Source of the DNA: Vulcanimicrobiota bacterium
Lineage (GTDB): Bacteria > Vulcanimicrobiota > Vulcanimicrobiia > Vulcanimicrobiales > Vulcanimicrobiaceae
NCBI GenBank assembly: GCA_963733295.1
Contig: CAVTCS010000003.1
Coordinates: 2,816,001-2,880,000, forward strand
Reading direction: 5' to 3'
Length of the DNA stretch: 64,000 nt
The notes beneath the pieces were generated by a model. The model ran no database searches. It was not told where the DNA came from and saw only the letters and a list, made by a program, of their open reading frames with translations. Shown here piece after piece: positions 50,914 to 60,259 of the stretch; the stretch's first letter is position 1, and every line of letters starts with the position of its first letter. Both the position numbers and the translations under genes were made by a program.

Positions 50914-52251
50914 GTGCAGCTGCGCGACGCGATGTCGGCACACGACGCAAACCTCGCGTGGGCTGCGCGCGTTCGGCGCACCGACCTTGCCGCGCTCGTC
51001 GCGCAAACCTCCGCGCGCCTCGATGCGGCAACGTCGGCGGCCGAGGCGCGCAGCGCGTTCGAAGCCTTTCTCACGAAGATGGGGGACGGTCACCTCGAGA
51101 TCGACTGGCCTCAGCCTGACTCAACTCCGGCGCCGGTGCCCGACTTGTGCGGCCGGCTCGGATATCGCGAACGCCGTCTCTCGCCCGGCCTGCAGTTCCA
51201 GATGCTACCGGCCTCGCGAGCGACGCGATCGCGACGATACTTCCCGACGTCGGTGCTGGAGCTGCCTGATGGATCCGCGATCGGCATTATTCGCATCGGC
51301 GTCTTCAGCTCGAAATGGTACCCGGAGCTGTGTGCGGGCGCGTTGCCAGGCCTTCATCTTACGGCGACTTCAGCGTGCGATGACGACTGCTCCGACCGCG
51401 TCGAACTTGCGGCGGAAAACGAGCTCACCAAGCAGCTCACGGCGGCACTCGTCGCGCTGGAAGGGACGCCACGGCTCCGTCTGCTCGCGGTCGACCTCAC
51501 GCGCAACGGCGGCGGCACCGATTGGGAGGAGCCGGCGGCACGCGAATTGACCCCGGTCCGGCTGCGTTCGCCGCGCATGGGCTTCGTCAAGCACGAACAT
51601 TGGGAACGCTCCTTCACGCAAGCACTCGACGCGATTCGTGGCGATCTGCCGCATGCGACGAGCGGCTACCGCGAGCTGCTGCTGCGCGCGCAAGGCACGT
51701 ACACGCAACTCTTAGCGGAATCTCGGCAGCACTGCGATCAGGACGCGCTCTGGCTGGACGATTCCATCCCTTGCAGTATCGTCGGTGAGGGCGCGCTCTA
51801 CACGACGGGAACGTTGGCCTACGCGGCGCCAGGTGCGCTTCCGGGGAATGACCGTTCGGCTGCGTACCTGTTCCTCCCGAGTACCTATGTCTACCGCGAA
51901 GGCGTCTACCGTGGGCCGCTCGCCGTGCTCGTCGACGGCAACACGGCCTCTGCCGGGGAACGCTTTGCAGCGGTGTTCCAAGACAACAAGGCGGCGCGCA
52001 TCGTCGGGCTCCCCACGTTCGGCGCGGGCTGCGGCTATACGAACGGCGGTATTCCGACGCAGCTCACGAACAGCGGCGCGACGGTCATGATGCCGGACTG
52101 CGTTCAATTCCGGGCGGACGGTACGAATGCCGTAGGGGGAATTACACCCGATGTTCTGGTGCCATGGCGCCCGAACGATAGCGATTTCCAGCGAGCCGAG
52201 CGCGCTTTTGAGGCGTTGCGCGCGCTCGCGCCCGCGCAAGGCCGAGGGTGA
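50914..52251 (+). CDS. S41-family (IRBP/tricorn-core-like) peptidase; true start probably upstream
   Basis: DGHL, DLTRNGGG, TASAGE, G..T.GAG, GITPDV. Confidence 0.8.
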   Translation: MQLRDAMSAHDANLAWAARVRRTDLAALVAQTSARLDAATSAAEARSAFEAFLTKMGDGHLEIDWPQPDSTPAPVPDLCGRLGYRERRLSPGLQFQMLPASRATRSRRYFPTSVLELPDGSAIGIIRIGVFSSKWYPELCAGALPGLHLTATSACDDDCSDRVELAAENELTKQLTAALVALEGTPRLRLLAVDLTRNGGGTDWEEPAARELTPVRLRSPRMGFVKHEHWERSFTQALDAIRGDLPHATSGYRELLLRAQGTYTQLLAESRQHCDQDALWLDDSIPCSIVGEGALYTTGTLAYAAPGALPGNDRSAAYLFLPSTYVYREGVYRGPLAVLVDGNTASAGERFAAVFQDNKAARIVGLPTFGAGCGYTNGGIPTQLTNSGATVMMPDCVQFRADGTNAVGGITPDVLVPWRPNDSDFQRAERAFEALRALAPAQGRG

Positions 52252-52279
52252 GCCGAGGCCTCTCAGGAACAGTCGTCAC

Positions 52280-52669
52280 ATGCCACGCTACTTGCACACG
52301 TCGATCTTCGTCAGCGATATGGCGCAGTCGATCGATTTTTACACGAAGAAACTCGGACTGAAGCTGCTGGGCGGTCCAGATCATTTTCCCGGAAATGCGG
52401 ACATGGCGTTCGTCGGACAAGATTGGAACTCGTATATCGAGCTCGTCTTCGATCTCGAAGAGCACCCGCCGTACGAGATCGGCAATCGCTACGAGCATCT
52501 CGCGATCGAAGTCGACAGCGATCTGCCCGGCTACGTTGAGAAGCTGAAGTCGCAAGGCGTCAAGGTCCTCACCGCGCCCAAGAAGTCGCCGGGTGGAACG
52601 CGCTGGATCGCTTTCGTCGAAGATCCCAACGGAATTCCGGTCGAGTTACTCGAGCCGCGTCCGGCCTAA
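52280..52669 (+). CDS. VOC/glyoxalase I family protein
   Basis: LHTSIFVSD...SIDFY, HLAIEV, DPNGIPVEL. Confidence 0.9.
   Translation: MPRYLHTSIFVSDMAQSIDFYTKKLGLKLLGGPDHFPGNADMAFVGQDWNSYIELVFDLEEHPPYEIGNRYEHLAIEVDSDLPGYVEKLKSQGVKVLTAPKKSPGGTRWIAFVEDPNGIPVELLEPRPA
52495..52669 (+). repeat. Direct repeat copy 1 (3' end of VOC gene)
   Basis: 175 bp, 23 mismatches and no indels versus 55616-55790 (manual alignment). Confidence 0.9.
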
Positions 52670-52686
52670 CCGCCGGCAAGCCGGCG

Positions 52687-55500
52687 CTACATCAAGAGCG
52701 CTTCAGCGACCGCGGAATCCTCGCTCAACCCTCGTCCCGTCACGAGTTGCCGCTCCAGCTCTTCGTTGCCGAGCGCCTCGCGCAGCTTAGCACGTAATGC
52801 TCGCTCCAGAGTTTCCTCGGTGAACTCGCGAAACGCGCCGAGTTCGAGGAGCCGCGCATCGACGAAGCCGAGGACCCGGGCCGCACGTGCGAACCGTTCG
52901 GCGGAGGTTCCTTCGCCAGGCTCGACTTCGATTGTCAGCGCCGCGAGGTGCTGCACCGCGAAGGCGACGGTTACTTCGGCCTGATGCAATCTGGCAATCG
53001 ACAATGAATTGCGCGCGTGCGTACGCGCTTCGGCAAAACGCTCGAGCGTGATCAGGTATGCCGCCAAATTGGCGAAGTCGGTAGAGGCCGGCCGGCCCTT
53101 ACGGCTGCTCCTGTCCAAACTGATCGACTGCGAGACCATCTCGATCGCTTTTTCGACGTTACCCGCGTGAAATTCGGTTTCCCCGAGGTGGTTGGCTACC
53201 ATTGCGCTGTCGCGATCCAAACCAAGCATTTTGAAAATTGCGAGCGCTTCGTAATACACCAAACGTGCGCCCTCGAAATCGCCTGCGAAATCCCGGACGA
53301 CGCCGATCGTCCGCAGCGAGATCCCCGTTTCGCGTCGCGCGCCAAGCCGGCGGAACGTCTCAAGCGCGCTTTGTGCGAGCGGTTCCGATTCGGCGGCTCG
53401 CTCCGCAAAGGCAAGTGAGTGCGCCATGATGCGTTTCGCTCGGGCAGCATCGAGGTCGCTGCCGGTTTCGAGAGTCAGAGCGAGGGCGCGTTCTGCCGAC
53501 GCATACGCATCGCGAAATTTACTCAACGTCCCAGACAGTGTCGCATCGGTGAGCTCGAGGAGGACGGTCACCTCGAGCGGCGTCGCTTCGTCGCTGAGTT
53601 CCAGTCCCAAACGCGACCAGCGCTGGCCCTCGGCGGCGGCAAAGGCATGCCAGACGAAGCGCAGATTTCCGGCAATCTTCTGTCCGGCCGCGACGTCGCC
53701 GCGTTCGCCGAGCGACCAGGACAGCGCCGCACGCCAATTGTCGAGTTCGGTTTCGGCGAGATCGAACCACGCCCGGTCGGGCGTCGTCGCCCAACTCTCG
53801 GCGAAGTGCTCGGCCAAGCTCATGTAGGCGCGCGCGTGGGCCTGCGCCATGAGTTCGAGTTCGCCTCGTTCGGTCAACTTTTCGCGCGCATACTGACGCG
53901 TCGATTCGAGGAGACGGTAGCGGGTGTCGTCGGCGCTCAACTCGGCGTGCACCAGCGACTTGTCGACGAGCGACGAGAGCAGGTCGAGAACTTCGTACTC
54001 GGCGATCTTTTCGTCGGCACAAACGGCGACGGCGCTCTCGAGCGTGAACCCGCCGGCAAAGATCGCGAGACGCCGGAAGAGCAGCCGTTCTTGCTCGCTG
54101 AGAAGATCGTAGCTCCAGTCGACGAGCGCGCGCATCGTCTGCTGACGCGGCAGCGCCGTCCGGTCGCCCCCGGTGAGCAGACGGAAACGTTCGTCGAGTT
54201 TGTCGGCCAGCGCTTTCACCGAGAGCACTTTGACGCGCGCCGCAGCCAATTCGATCGCGAGGGGAATGCCGTCGAGGCGGCGACAAATCTCGGCTACGAC
54301 CGGCGCATTTTCATCGGTAAACGTGAAGCGTGTGTCGCTGGCTCGCGCTCGCGCCTCAAAGAGCGCAATGGCGCCGTACGTCAGGGCCTCCTCAGCGCTA
54401 ATTGTTTCCGAACGTACCGGCGTCGCGAGCGAGGGCATCCGGTAAACCGTTTCCCCGGCGATCCCGAGCCCTTCGCGCGTTGTGACAAGAATCGTCACGT
54501 TCGGACAACCCCGCAAGATCGCACCGGCAGCCTTCGCGGCCTCGGCGACGACGTGCTCGCAGTTGTCGAGGATGAGCATGCTGCGTTTCTCTTTGAGGTA
54601 CGTTACGATCGTGTCGAGGAGCGGCCGCGGCGGCGCTTCGCGAACGCCGAGCGCCGAAGCGATCGCGCTTGGAACGAGCGACGCGTCCAGCAACGGCGCG
54701 AACTCAACGAACCAGACGCCGTCGCCGGAGCCATCGAGGAGGTCGGCTCCGACTTGCACTGCGGTACGGGTCTTCCCGACGCCGCCCGTTCCGACGATCG
54801 AAAGCAGTTGCGTGCGTTCCAAGAGCGCCTCGATCTCGGCCACGTCTGCCTCGCGCCCGACGAACGTGGTCAGCTGGCGCGGCAAGTTGTTCGGCAGCGC
54901 ATCGAGCGAACGCAGCGCCGGAAAATCGGCCGGCAGATCGTCCGCGACGAGCTGGTAGACCCATTCGGGTCGCGCCAGGTCGCGTAAGCGGTGTTGTCCG
55001 AGATCGCGTAGCGTCACGCGCGGCGGCAGCATCCCCTGAGCGAGATCGGCGGCGATTCCCGAAACGAGCACCTGAGCGCCATGTCCGATCGCTAAGAGAC
55101 GTGCGGTTCGATTCACCGCGGGCCCGAAGTAGTCGCCATCGCGTTCGTCGGCTTCGCCGGTGTGAATCGCCATGCGTACTTTGAGGCCACCGATGCCACC
55201 CCAATCTTCCGCGAGCAGGGCGGTCTCGGTAGCGTACGCAGCAGCCACCGCTTCGGGTGCCGTCCGGAAGGCGGCGCAGAACGCGTCGCCGATCGTCTTG
55301 AAGATGTAGCCGCCGCGCGCTTCGATCTCGCGTCGCAGGATCGCATCGTGCCGTCGCAAGGCCAGCTGCATCGCTTCGCGGTCACGTTCCCAGCGCTCGG
55401 TGCTGCCTTCGATATCGCTGAAGACGAAGGTCACCGTCCCCGACGGTAACTCGCGCCGTTCGACCGCGACCTCGCGCGGCGCAGCTTGCTCTCTCTCCAT
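52687..55500 (-). CDS. Class III adenylate cyclase fused to STAND ATPase and TPR-like domain
   Basis: FSDIEGST, KTIGDAF, DYFGPAVNRTAR; GTGGVGKT, LDNCEH, GIPLAIELAA. Confidence 0.9.
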   Translation of the reverse strand: MEREQAAPREVAVERRELPSGTVTFVFSDIEGSTERWERDREAMQLALRRHDAILRREIEARGGYIFKTIGDAFCAAFRTAPEAVAAAYATETALLAEDWGGIGGLKVRMAIHTGEADERDGDYFGPAVNRTARLLAIGHGAQVLVSGIAADLAQGMLPPRVTLRDLGQHRLRDLARPEWVYQLVADDLPADFPALRSLDALPNNLPRQLTTFVGREADVAEIEALLERTQLLSIVGTGGVGKTRTAVQVGADLLDGSGDGVWFVEFAPLLDASLVPSAIASALGVREAPPRPLLDTIVTYLKEKRSMLILDNCEHVVAEAAKAAGAILRGCPNVTILVTTREGLGIAGETVYRMPSLATPVRSETISAEEALTYGAIALFEARARASDTRFTFTDENAPVVAEICRRLDGIPLAIELAAARVKVLSVKALADKLDERFRLLTGGDRTALPRQQTMRALVDWSYDLLSEQERLLFRRLAIFAGGFTLESAVAVCADEKIAEYEVLDLLSSLVDKSLVHAELSADDTRYRLLESTRQYAREKLTERGELELMAQAHARAYMSLAEHFAESWATTPDRAWFDLAETELDNWRAALSWSLGERGDVAAGQKIAGNLRFVWHAFAAAEGQRWSRLGLELSDEATPLEVTVLLELTDATLSGTLSKFRDAYASAERALALTLETGSDLDAARAKRIMAHSLAFAERAAESEPLAQSALETFRRLGARRETGISLRTIGVVRDFAGDFEGARLVYYEALAIFKMLGLDRDSAMVANHLGETEFHAGNVEKAIEMVSQSISLDRSSRKGRPASTDFANLAAYLITLERFAEARTHARNSLSIARLHQAEVTVAFAVQHLAALTIEVEPGEGTSAERFARAARVLGFVDARLLELGAFREFTEETLERALRAKLREALGNEELERQLVTGRGLSEDSAVAEALLM

Positions 55501-55615
55501 GCCCCGCCGTCCATTCCCGCAGCCCGCCTGATTCTCCGGTTCCCAGCCCGGCGAGGGCCCGTCACAGCGTTAGCGGTAGACGAACGGATCGGCCGGCTGC
55601 GCGATGGCTCGCCAC

Positions 55616-55790
55616 GCATCTCGCGATCGAAGTCGACAGCGATTTGCCCGCGTACGTGGAGCGGCTGAAGTCCCAAGGCGTGAAGGTTCTCAAAGCGCCG
55701 AAGAAATCACCGGGCGGAACGCGCTGGGTCGCGTTCATCAAAGATCCCAACGGAATTCCGGTCGAGCTCCTCGAGCCGCGTCCGGCTTAG
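55616..55790 (+). pseudogene. 3' fragment of VOC gene (direct repeat copy 2)
   Basis: Encodes HLAIEVDSD...EPRPA-stop; no in-frame start or N-terminal half. Confidence 0.85.
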
Positions 55791-56635
55791 GCGCTCCGCT
55801 CGGGAAGCGGTTCCGCCTCCCGGATGAGCCGGCGGAAGCGGCCGGGCGGTGTGCCAAGTTCGGCGCCGAGGGCGCGCGTGAGATGACTTTGATCGGCGAA
55901 TCCGGCCGCGACGGCGATCTGCGAAAGCGCCGCGTCACCTTCACTGATCTCGCGACAGGCTTCGCGCAAACGCAGGTGCGCGACGTACGCGCCGAGCGTT
56001 TTCCCGCGAAAACGCCGGAACACGCGCGCGAGATGGGCGGGATGCACGTTCGCTTGCGCTGCGTAGTCAGCGAGTTCGAGCCGCTCCGCGAAGCGCCGGC
56101 GCAGGCGAGCTTCGACGCTCGCGAGCCAAGCGGGTTCGACCGCATCGAGCGGCCGGTTCGGCGCGGCGTGGCCGGCGAGCTCGTGGAGGAGCGCGGGCAC
56201 CTTCGTCTCGGCGTCCCGCTCGAAGCTGTCGCCGAAAACGGTGCGGCGCAACCGTAAGGCCAGCCACAATGCGTCGGAATCGTCGAGTTCGGTCAGATGT
56301 TGGTGAGGCGTGCCGAGCGCGGCAAGCAGCGGGCCCCAGCTGCGGCCGAGTTCGATCATGAAAAATCTTGCACCGCTCTCGCCGATGCGATCGCAATGGC
56401 ACATGCCCGCGGGGTGGTAGGCGAGCGTTAGCGGACGGTAGATGATTTCGCGCTCGCCCTCGCTTTCGCGATACGAGCCGGATTCGAGCAGGCCGAAATA
56501 CGGCGCCTCGTGGCCGTGTTCGGGAATCTCCCGCGCCCGCTCGTGCGCGACGAGCGAGAAGACCGCGTCGGCGGCGACGCGCTGGGAGCCCTCTCCGAGG
56601 AACTTGCCGATCGGGAACACGTTCGTTTCGTTCAA
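55787..56635 (-). CDS. AraC-family regulator with cupin N-terminus (start uncertain)
   Basis: EHGHE cupin motif; VHPAHLARVF, GFADQSHLTR. Confidence 0.88.
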   Translation of the reverse strand: MNETNVFPIGKFLGEGSQRVAADAVFSLVAHERAREIPEHGHEAPYFGLLESGSYRESEGEREIIYRPLTLAYHPAGMCHCDRIGESGARFFMIELGRSWGPLLAALGTPHQHLTELDDSDALWLALRLRRTVFGDSFERDAETKVPALLHELAGHAAPNRPLDAVEPAWLASVEARLRRRFAERLELADYAAQANVHPAHLARVFRRFRGKTLGAYVAHLRLREACREISEGDAALSQIAVAAGFADQSHLTRALGAELGTPPGRFRRLIREAEPLPERSA

Positions 56636-56668
56636 GACGCCGGAACCCCCAGAGACTAGCTTGGTGGA

Positions 56669-57259
56669 ATGAAACGATCTCTCGCGCTCGCCGGACTCCT
56701 CGCTCTGTTGGGTGGTGCCGCGGCTACGGCCGGCGACGGCCCCGGTCACTCGCCCCAATATACCGCCGGCGGCGAGCTCGTGTTTCCCTCGGACTACCGC
56801 GACTGGGCGTACATCTCGTCGGGCCTGGCGATGTCGTACGCGCCGTTTAACAATTCTTCAGTGGGACCGATGTTCGACAACGTGTTCGTGGCACGCGAGT
56901 CGATGCAGGCTTTTCGCGCGACCGGCCACTGGCCGGATCCGACGACCTTCGTCATCGAGGTTCGCGGCTCGAGCAGCCACGGCTCGATCAACAAGTCGGG
57001 CAGTTTCCAAAGCGAACTGGTGAGCTTCGATGTCGAGGTTAAGGATGCGAGTCGCCCGGGAACCTGGCGCTACTACAGCTTCGACGCGAGCGCCGCAACG
57101 AAGCCCGCGAGCGCCGCTGCGTTTCCGCAAAGCGCCGGCTGCTTCGAATGTCACGCGAAACACGGGGCCGTGGAGCACACCTTCGTCCAGTTCTACCCGG
57201 CGCTCTTGCCGATCGCGCGCGCCAAAGGCACCGTGAACGCGTCGTACCACGACAGCTAG
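56669..57259 (+). CDS. Cytochrome P460 / c'-beta family protein
   Basis: Signal peptide; P.DYRDW, NVFV, C-terminal CFECH, FVQFYP. Confidence 0.82.
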   Translation: MKRSLALAGLLALLGGAAATAGDGPGHSPQYTAGGELVFPSDYRDWAYISSGLAMSYAPFNNSSVGPMFDNVFVARESMQAFRATGHWPDPTTFVIEVRGSSSHGSINKSGSFQSELVSFDVEVKDASRPGTWRYYSFDASAATKPASAAAFPQSAGCFECHAKHGAVEHTFVQFYPALLPIARAKGTVNASYHDS

Positions 57260-57286
57260 CGCACGCGGAAGCACGTCTCGAAAGCT

Positions 57287-58471
57287 TTAGCGGTACATGA
57301 ACGGATCGGCCGGCGGCGCGATCTCGCGCCACGTTCCGGTGCGCAAGACGAACTCGCCGCGGGAGTCGCGCTCCAGCGTGCCGGAGGCTTCGATCCAGGT
57401 ACCGTCGCGAACCTCGAGCCGCCGCTCGGTCCGAAGCGCGACCGGCGAAGCGTCGGCGCGGCAACACGTGATCGCGTAGCGCACGAGCATCGAGCGAGTG
57501 CCGCGTCTTTGCGCGGTCCCGGTGAAACGCACGCTCGCGCCCGGATACGCATCCGCGAGATTCGTCGCGTCGACCTCCGAACGTGGCAGCGGCGATCCGG
57601 CGACGAGCGCGCCCGCTAGCGCGAGCGGCAGCGCGATCGAAGCACTCGTTCGCAGCGCAGCGGCGCGGCGCAGCGTGAGGTAAAGGCAGGTCGCCGCCGC
57701 GAGCGCGTTCGCGGGAAGCAGGCGCGGATGAACGAAACCGCCGCGACCACCGGCTACCAACATGATGCAGGCGAAGCCGAGCAGCGCGTAGTTGATTCTT
57801 CCGTCGCCGCGAGCCGGCGACGCGCTGTCGTGCGGCCAAGGGAACCGGCAGCGGCTTAGCACTGAGCTCAGAATTCCGGGCGGAAGGATGCCGGCCGTTG
57901 CGAGGAGCCCGGCCGCTGCCGCTGCCGACGTGCCGCGCAGACCCGCGGAGGTTGCGACTGCCGCACTCGCGCACGGGCTGACGATTCCGGCGAATGCGCC
58001 CGCTGCGAAGAGCAGCGCGGTTTCAAGCGGGCCGGCGTGCGGGCTCGCTGTCCGCAGCGCGTCGCAGGCGAGGGCGGAGGCGAAAGCTGCAAAGGCGATC
58101 GTTTCGAGTTCGGCCGGCGGATCTGGGCACGTGCGCGTCGCGCGGGTGGAAGTGGGCCGGTGAAGCGCGAGGCCGGCGGCGGCCGCGGCGACGCGCAGCA
58201 GCGCGACCAGGGGTCCGAAACTCAGCCAGCAGAGCGCGACGGCGGGCAGCGCCAGAGCGCCGGGCAGCGCACCGCAGCCGCACGAAGCGAGGGCGGCGAG
58301 CCGGCGAGTGCGGGGTGAGCGGAGGAAGAGGGCGGCCAGGACGAAGGGCGTGGCCTCGAAGGTGGTGCCGGCAGCCGAAGCGAGCGCTGCGTGGAGAAGC
58401 GGCGGCGGCAGGGTCAAGCTTAGAGCCGCGAGCGCGGGACGGAGGAGCCGGCGGACGGGCGGTCGAGGCAT
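57287..58471 (-). CDS. Permease (DUF318-like) fused to DUF1980/TIGR03943-like domain
   Basis: EATPF, Cys-containing TMs, YAITCCRADA...WIEASG. Confidence 0.6.
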   Translation of the reverse strand: MPRPPVRRLLRPALAALSLTLPPPLLHAALASAAGTTFEATPFVLAALFLRSPRTRRLAALASCGCGALPGALALPAVALCWLSFGPLVALLRVAAAAAGLALHRPTSTRATRTCPDPPAELETIAFAAFASALACDALRTASPHAGPLETALLFAAGAFAGIVSPCASAAVATSAGLRGTSAAAAAGLLATAGILPPGILSSVLSRCRFPWPHDSASPARGDGRINYALLGFACIMLVAGGRGGFVHPRLLPANALAAATCLYLTLRRAAALRTSASIALPLALAGALVAGSPLPRSEVDATNLADAYPGASVRFTGTAQRRGTRSMLVRYAITCCRADASPVALRTERRLEVRDGTWIEASGTLERDSRGEFVLRTGTWREIAPPADPFMYR

Positions 58472-58502
58472 TCCGGTCGCTCGCTCGCGAATGGAGGATG
58501 AG

Positions 58503-59819
58503 ATGGAAAAAATCCGCGCCCCGCGGGGGACGGCAGACATCTATCCCCCCGAGAGCGCGCGTTGGCAAGCGTTCGAAGCGCGCGCTCGCGCTTTGGCGCG
58601 ACGTTTCGGCTACGGTGAGATCCGCACGCCGATGTTCGAAGCGACCGAGCTCTTCGTGCGAAGTGTCGGCGAAGCGACCGACATCGTCGAAAAAGAGATG
58701 TACACGTTCAGCGACAAGAGCGGCCGCAGCTTAACGTTGCGCCCGGAATGGACCGCGCCGGTCGTGCGCGCGATGCTCGAACACAACCTTCTCGCAACCG
58801 CATCGCAGCGGCTCTTCTATGTCGGGCCGTTCTTTCGCTACGAGCGGCCCCAAGCCGGGCGCTACCGTCAAGCCAATCAATTCGGGGTCGAATGTTTCGG
58901 TTTCGCGGGCCCGGAGGCCGACGTCGAGGTCATCGCGCTCGCGCACGAACTGCTGCGCACTTACGAGCTGCCCGGCGTCGCGCTCAAGCTGAACTCGATC
59001 GGCGACGCGTGTTGCCGCGGGGCTTATCGCGAAGCGCTGCTAACTTACTTCAGGCCGCACGCCTCGGAGCTGTCGGCCGATTCGCAGCGCCGGCTCGAAC
59101 GTAACCCGATGCGAATCCTCGATAGTAAGGAAGCTGAGGATCGAGCGCTCGTCGCCGGCGCGCCCGCGTTTCTCGATCACCTCTGCGGCGCTTGCGCGAC
59201 TCATTTCCGGGCGGTCTGCGCGCTGCTCGAAAGCGCGCAGATTCCCTTTACGATCGAGCCTCGGCTGGTGCGCGGCTTCGACTACTACACGCGCACGGTG
59301 TTCGAATTCGTCTCGGAAGCGCTGGGAGCGCAGAACACGCTCTGCGGCGGCGGCCGCTACGACGATTTGGTGCGCTCGCTCGGTGGTCCGCCGACGCCGG
59401 CGGTCGGTTTTGGTCTCGGCATCGAACGCTTCTTGATGGTCGTCGATGCGATCGGTGCGAAAACGCGCCAAGAACTCGAAGGTTTGGCGGTGATCGCGCT
59501 GGGTGCGGCGGCGCGCGAACGCGCGGTGCCGCTGGTCGCCGCGCTGCGGCGCCTCAGCGGAGAGGTTCCGGTCACGATCGACTATCAGGACGCCAAGATT
59601 GCGGCGCAGTTCAAACGTGCGGAGCGGGCCGGCGCGCGAGCCGCGCTCATTCTCGGCGACGACGAACTCGCTCGCGGCGAAGTCGTCGTACGCGATCTGA
59701 GCGCGCGCACTCAAGATACCATCCTGACGAAGGACGGCGATGCGTCCACGGCCGCATCCGTGCTGCACTGGTACCGCGCGCTGCCCGCGCACCGGGCCGC
59801 CGAGCGGGAGGCGGTGTGA
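58503..59819 (+). CDS. hisS: Histidyl-tRNA synthetase
   Basis: PRGTAD, KEMY, LRPEWTA, FRYERPQ, VRGFDYY, GGGRYD. Confidence 0.96.
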   Translation: MEKIRAPRGTADIYPPESARWQAFEARARALARRFGYGEIRTPMFEATELFVRSVGEATDIVEKEMYTFSDKSGRSLTLRPEWTAPVVRAMLEHNLLATASQRLFYVGPFFRYERPQAGRYRQANQFGVECFGFAGPEADVEVIALAHELLRTYELPGVALKLNSIGDACCRGAYREALLTYFRPHASELSADSQRRLERNPMRILDSKEAEDRALVAGAPAFLDHLCGACATHFRAVCALLESAQIPFTIEPRLVRGFDYYTRTVFEFVSEALGAQNTLCGGGRYDDLVRSLGGPPTPAVGFGLGIERFLMVVDAIGAKTRQELEGLAVIALGAAARERAVPLVAALRRLSGEVPVTIDYQDAKIAAQFKRAERAGARAALILGDDELARGEVVVRDLSARTQDTILTKDGDASTAASVLHWYRALPAHRAAEREAV

Positions 59820-60259
59820 GCGGCGAGCGCGAGGCACTCGAGCGCATGCTCGAGGTGATGCGCGACAACCAACTCGATTCGCTCACCGTGCGCGTCGGCA
59901 GTTCGACGTACGAGCTCGTGCTGCGGCCGCAAACGCCTCCCGGCGCCGCGCCCGTGGCGAGCTACGCCGAAGCCGGATCGGCCGCGTTCGCGCCCGCGGC
60001 GGGGCCGGCTGCCGCGGCGAACTACAAGAAGGTCACCGCCCCGATCATCGGCGTCTTTTATCGCTCGGCGGCCCCGGGAGCCGAGGCGTTCGTCGACCTG
60101 GGCGACCGCGTCGAGGTCGGCCAGGTGCTGTGCATCCTCGAGGCGATGAAGTTGATGAACGAGATCACGAGCGACTTCGCCGGCGTCGTTCGCCGGATTC
60201 TGCCCGAGAACGGGGCACTCGTTTCGCTTGGCGAGGAGATGTTTTGGATCGAGCCATGA
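59816..60259 (+). CDS. accB: Biotin carboxyl carrier protein
   Basis: ILEAMKLMNEI biotinylation motif. Confidence 0.92.
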   Translation: MSGEREALERMLEVMRDNQLDSLTVRVGSSTYELVLRPQTPPGAAPVASYAEAGSAAFAPAAGPAAAANYKKVTAPIIGVFYRSAAPGAEAFVDLGDRVEVGQVLCILEAMKLMNEITSDFAGVVRRILPENGALVSLGEEMFWIEP

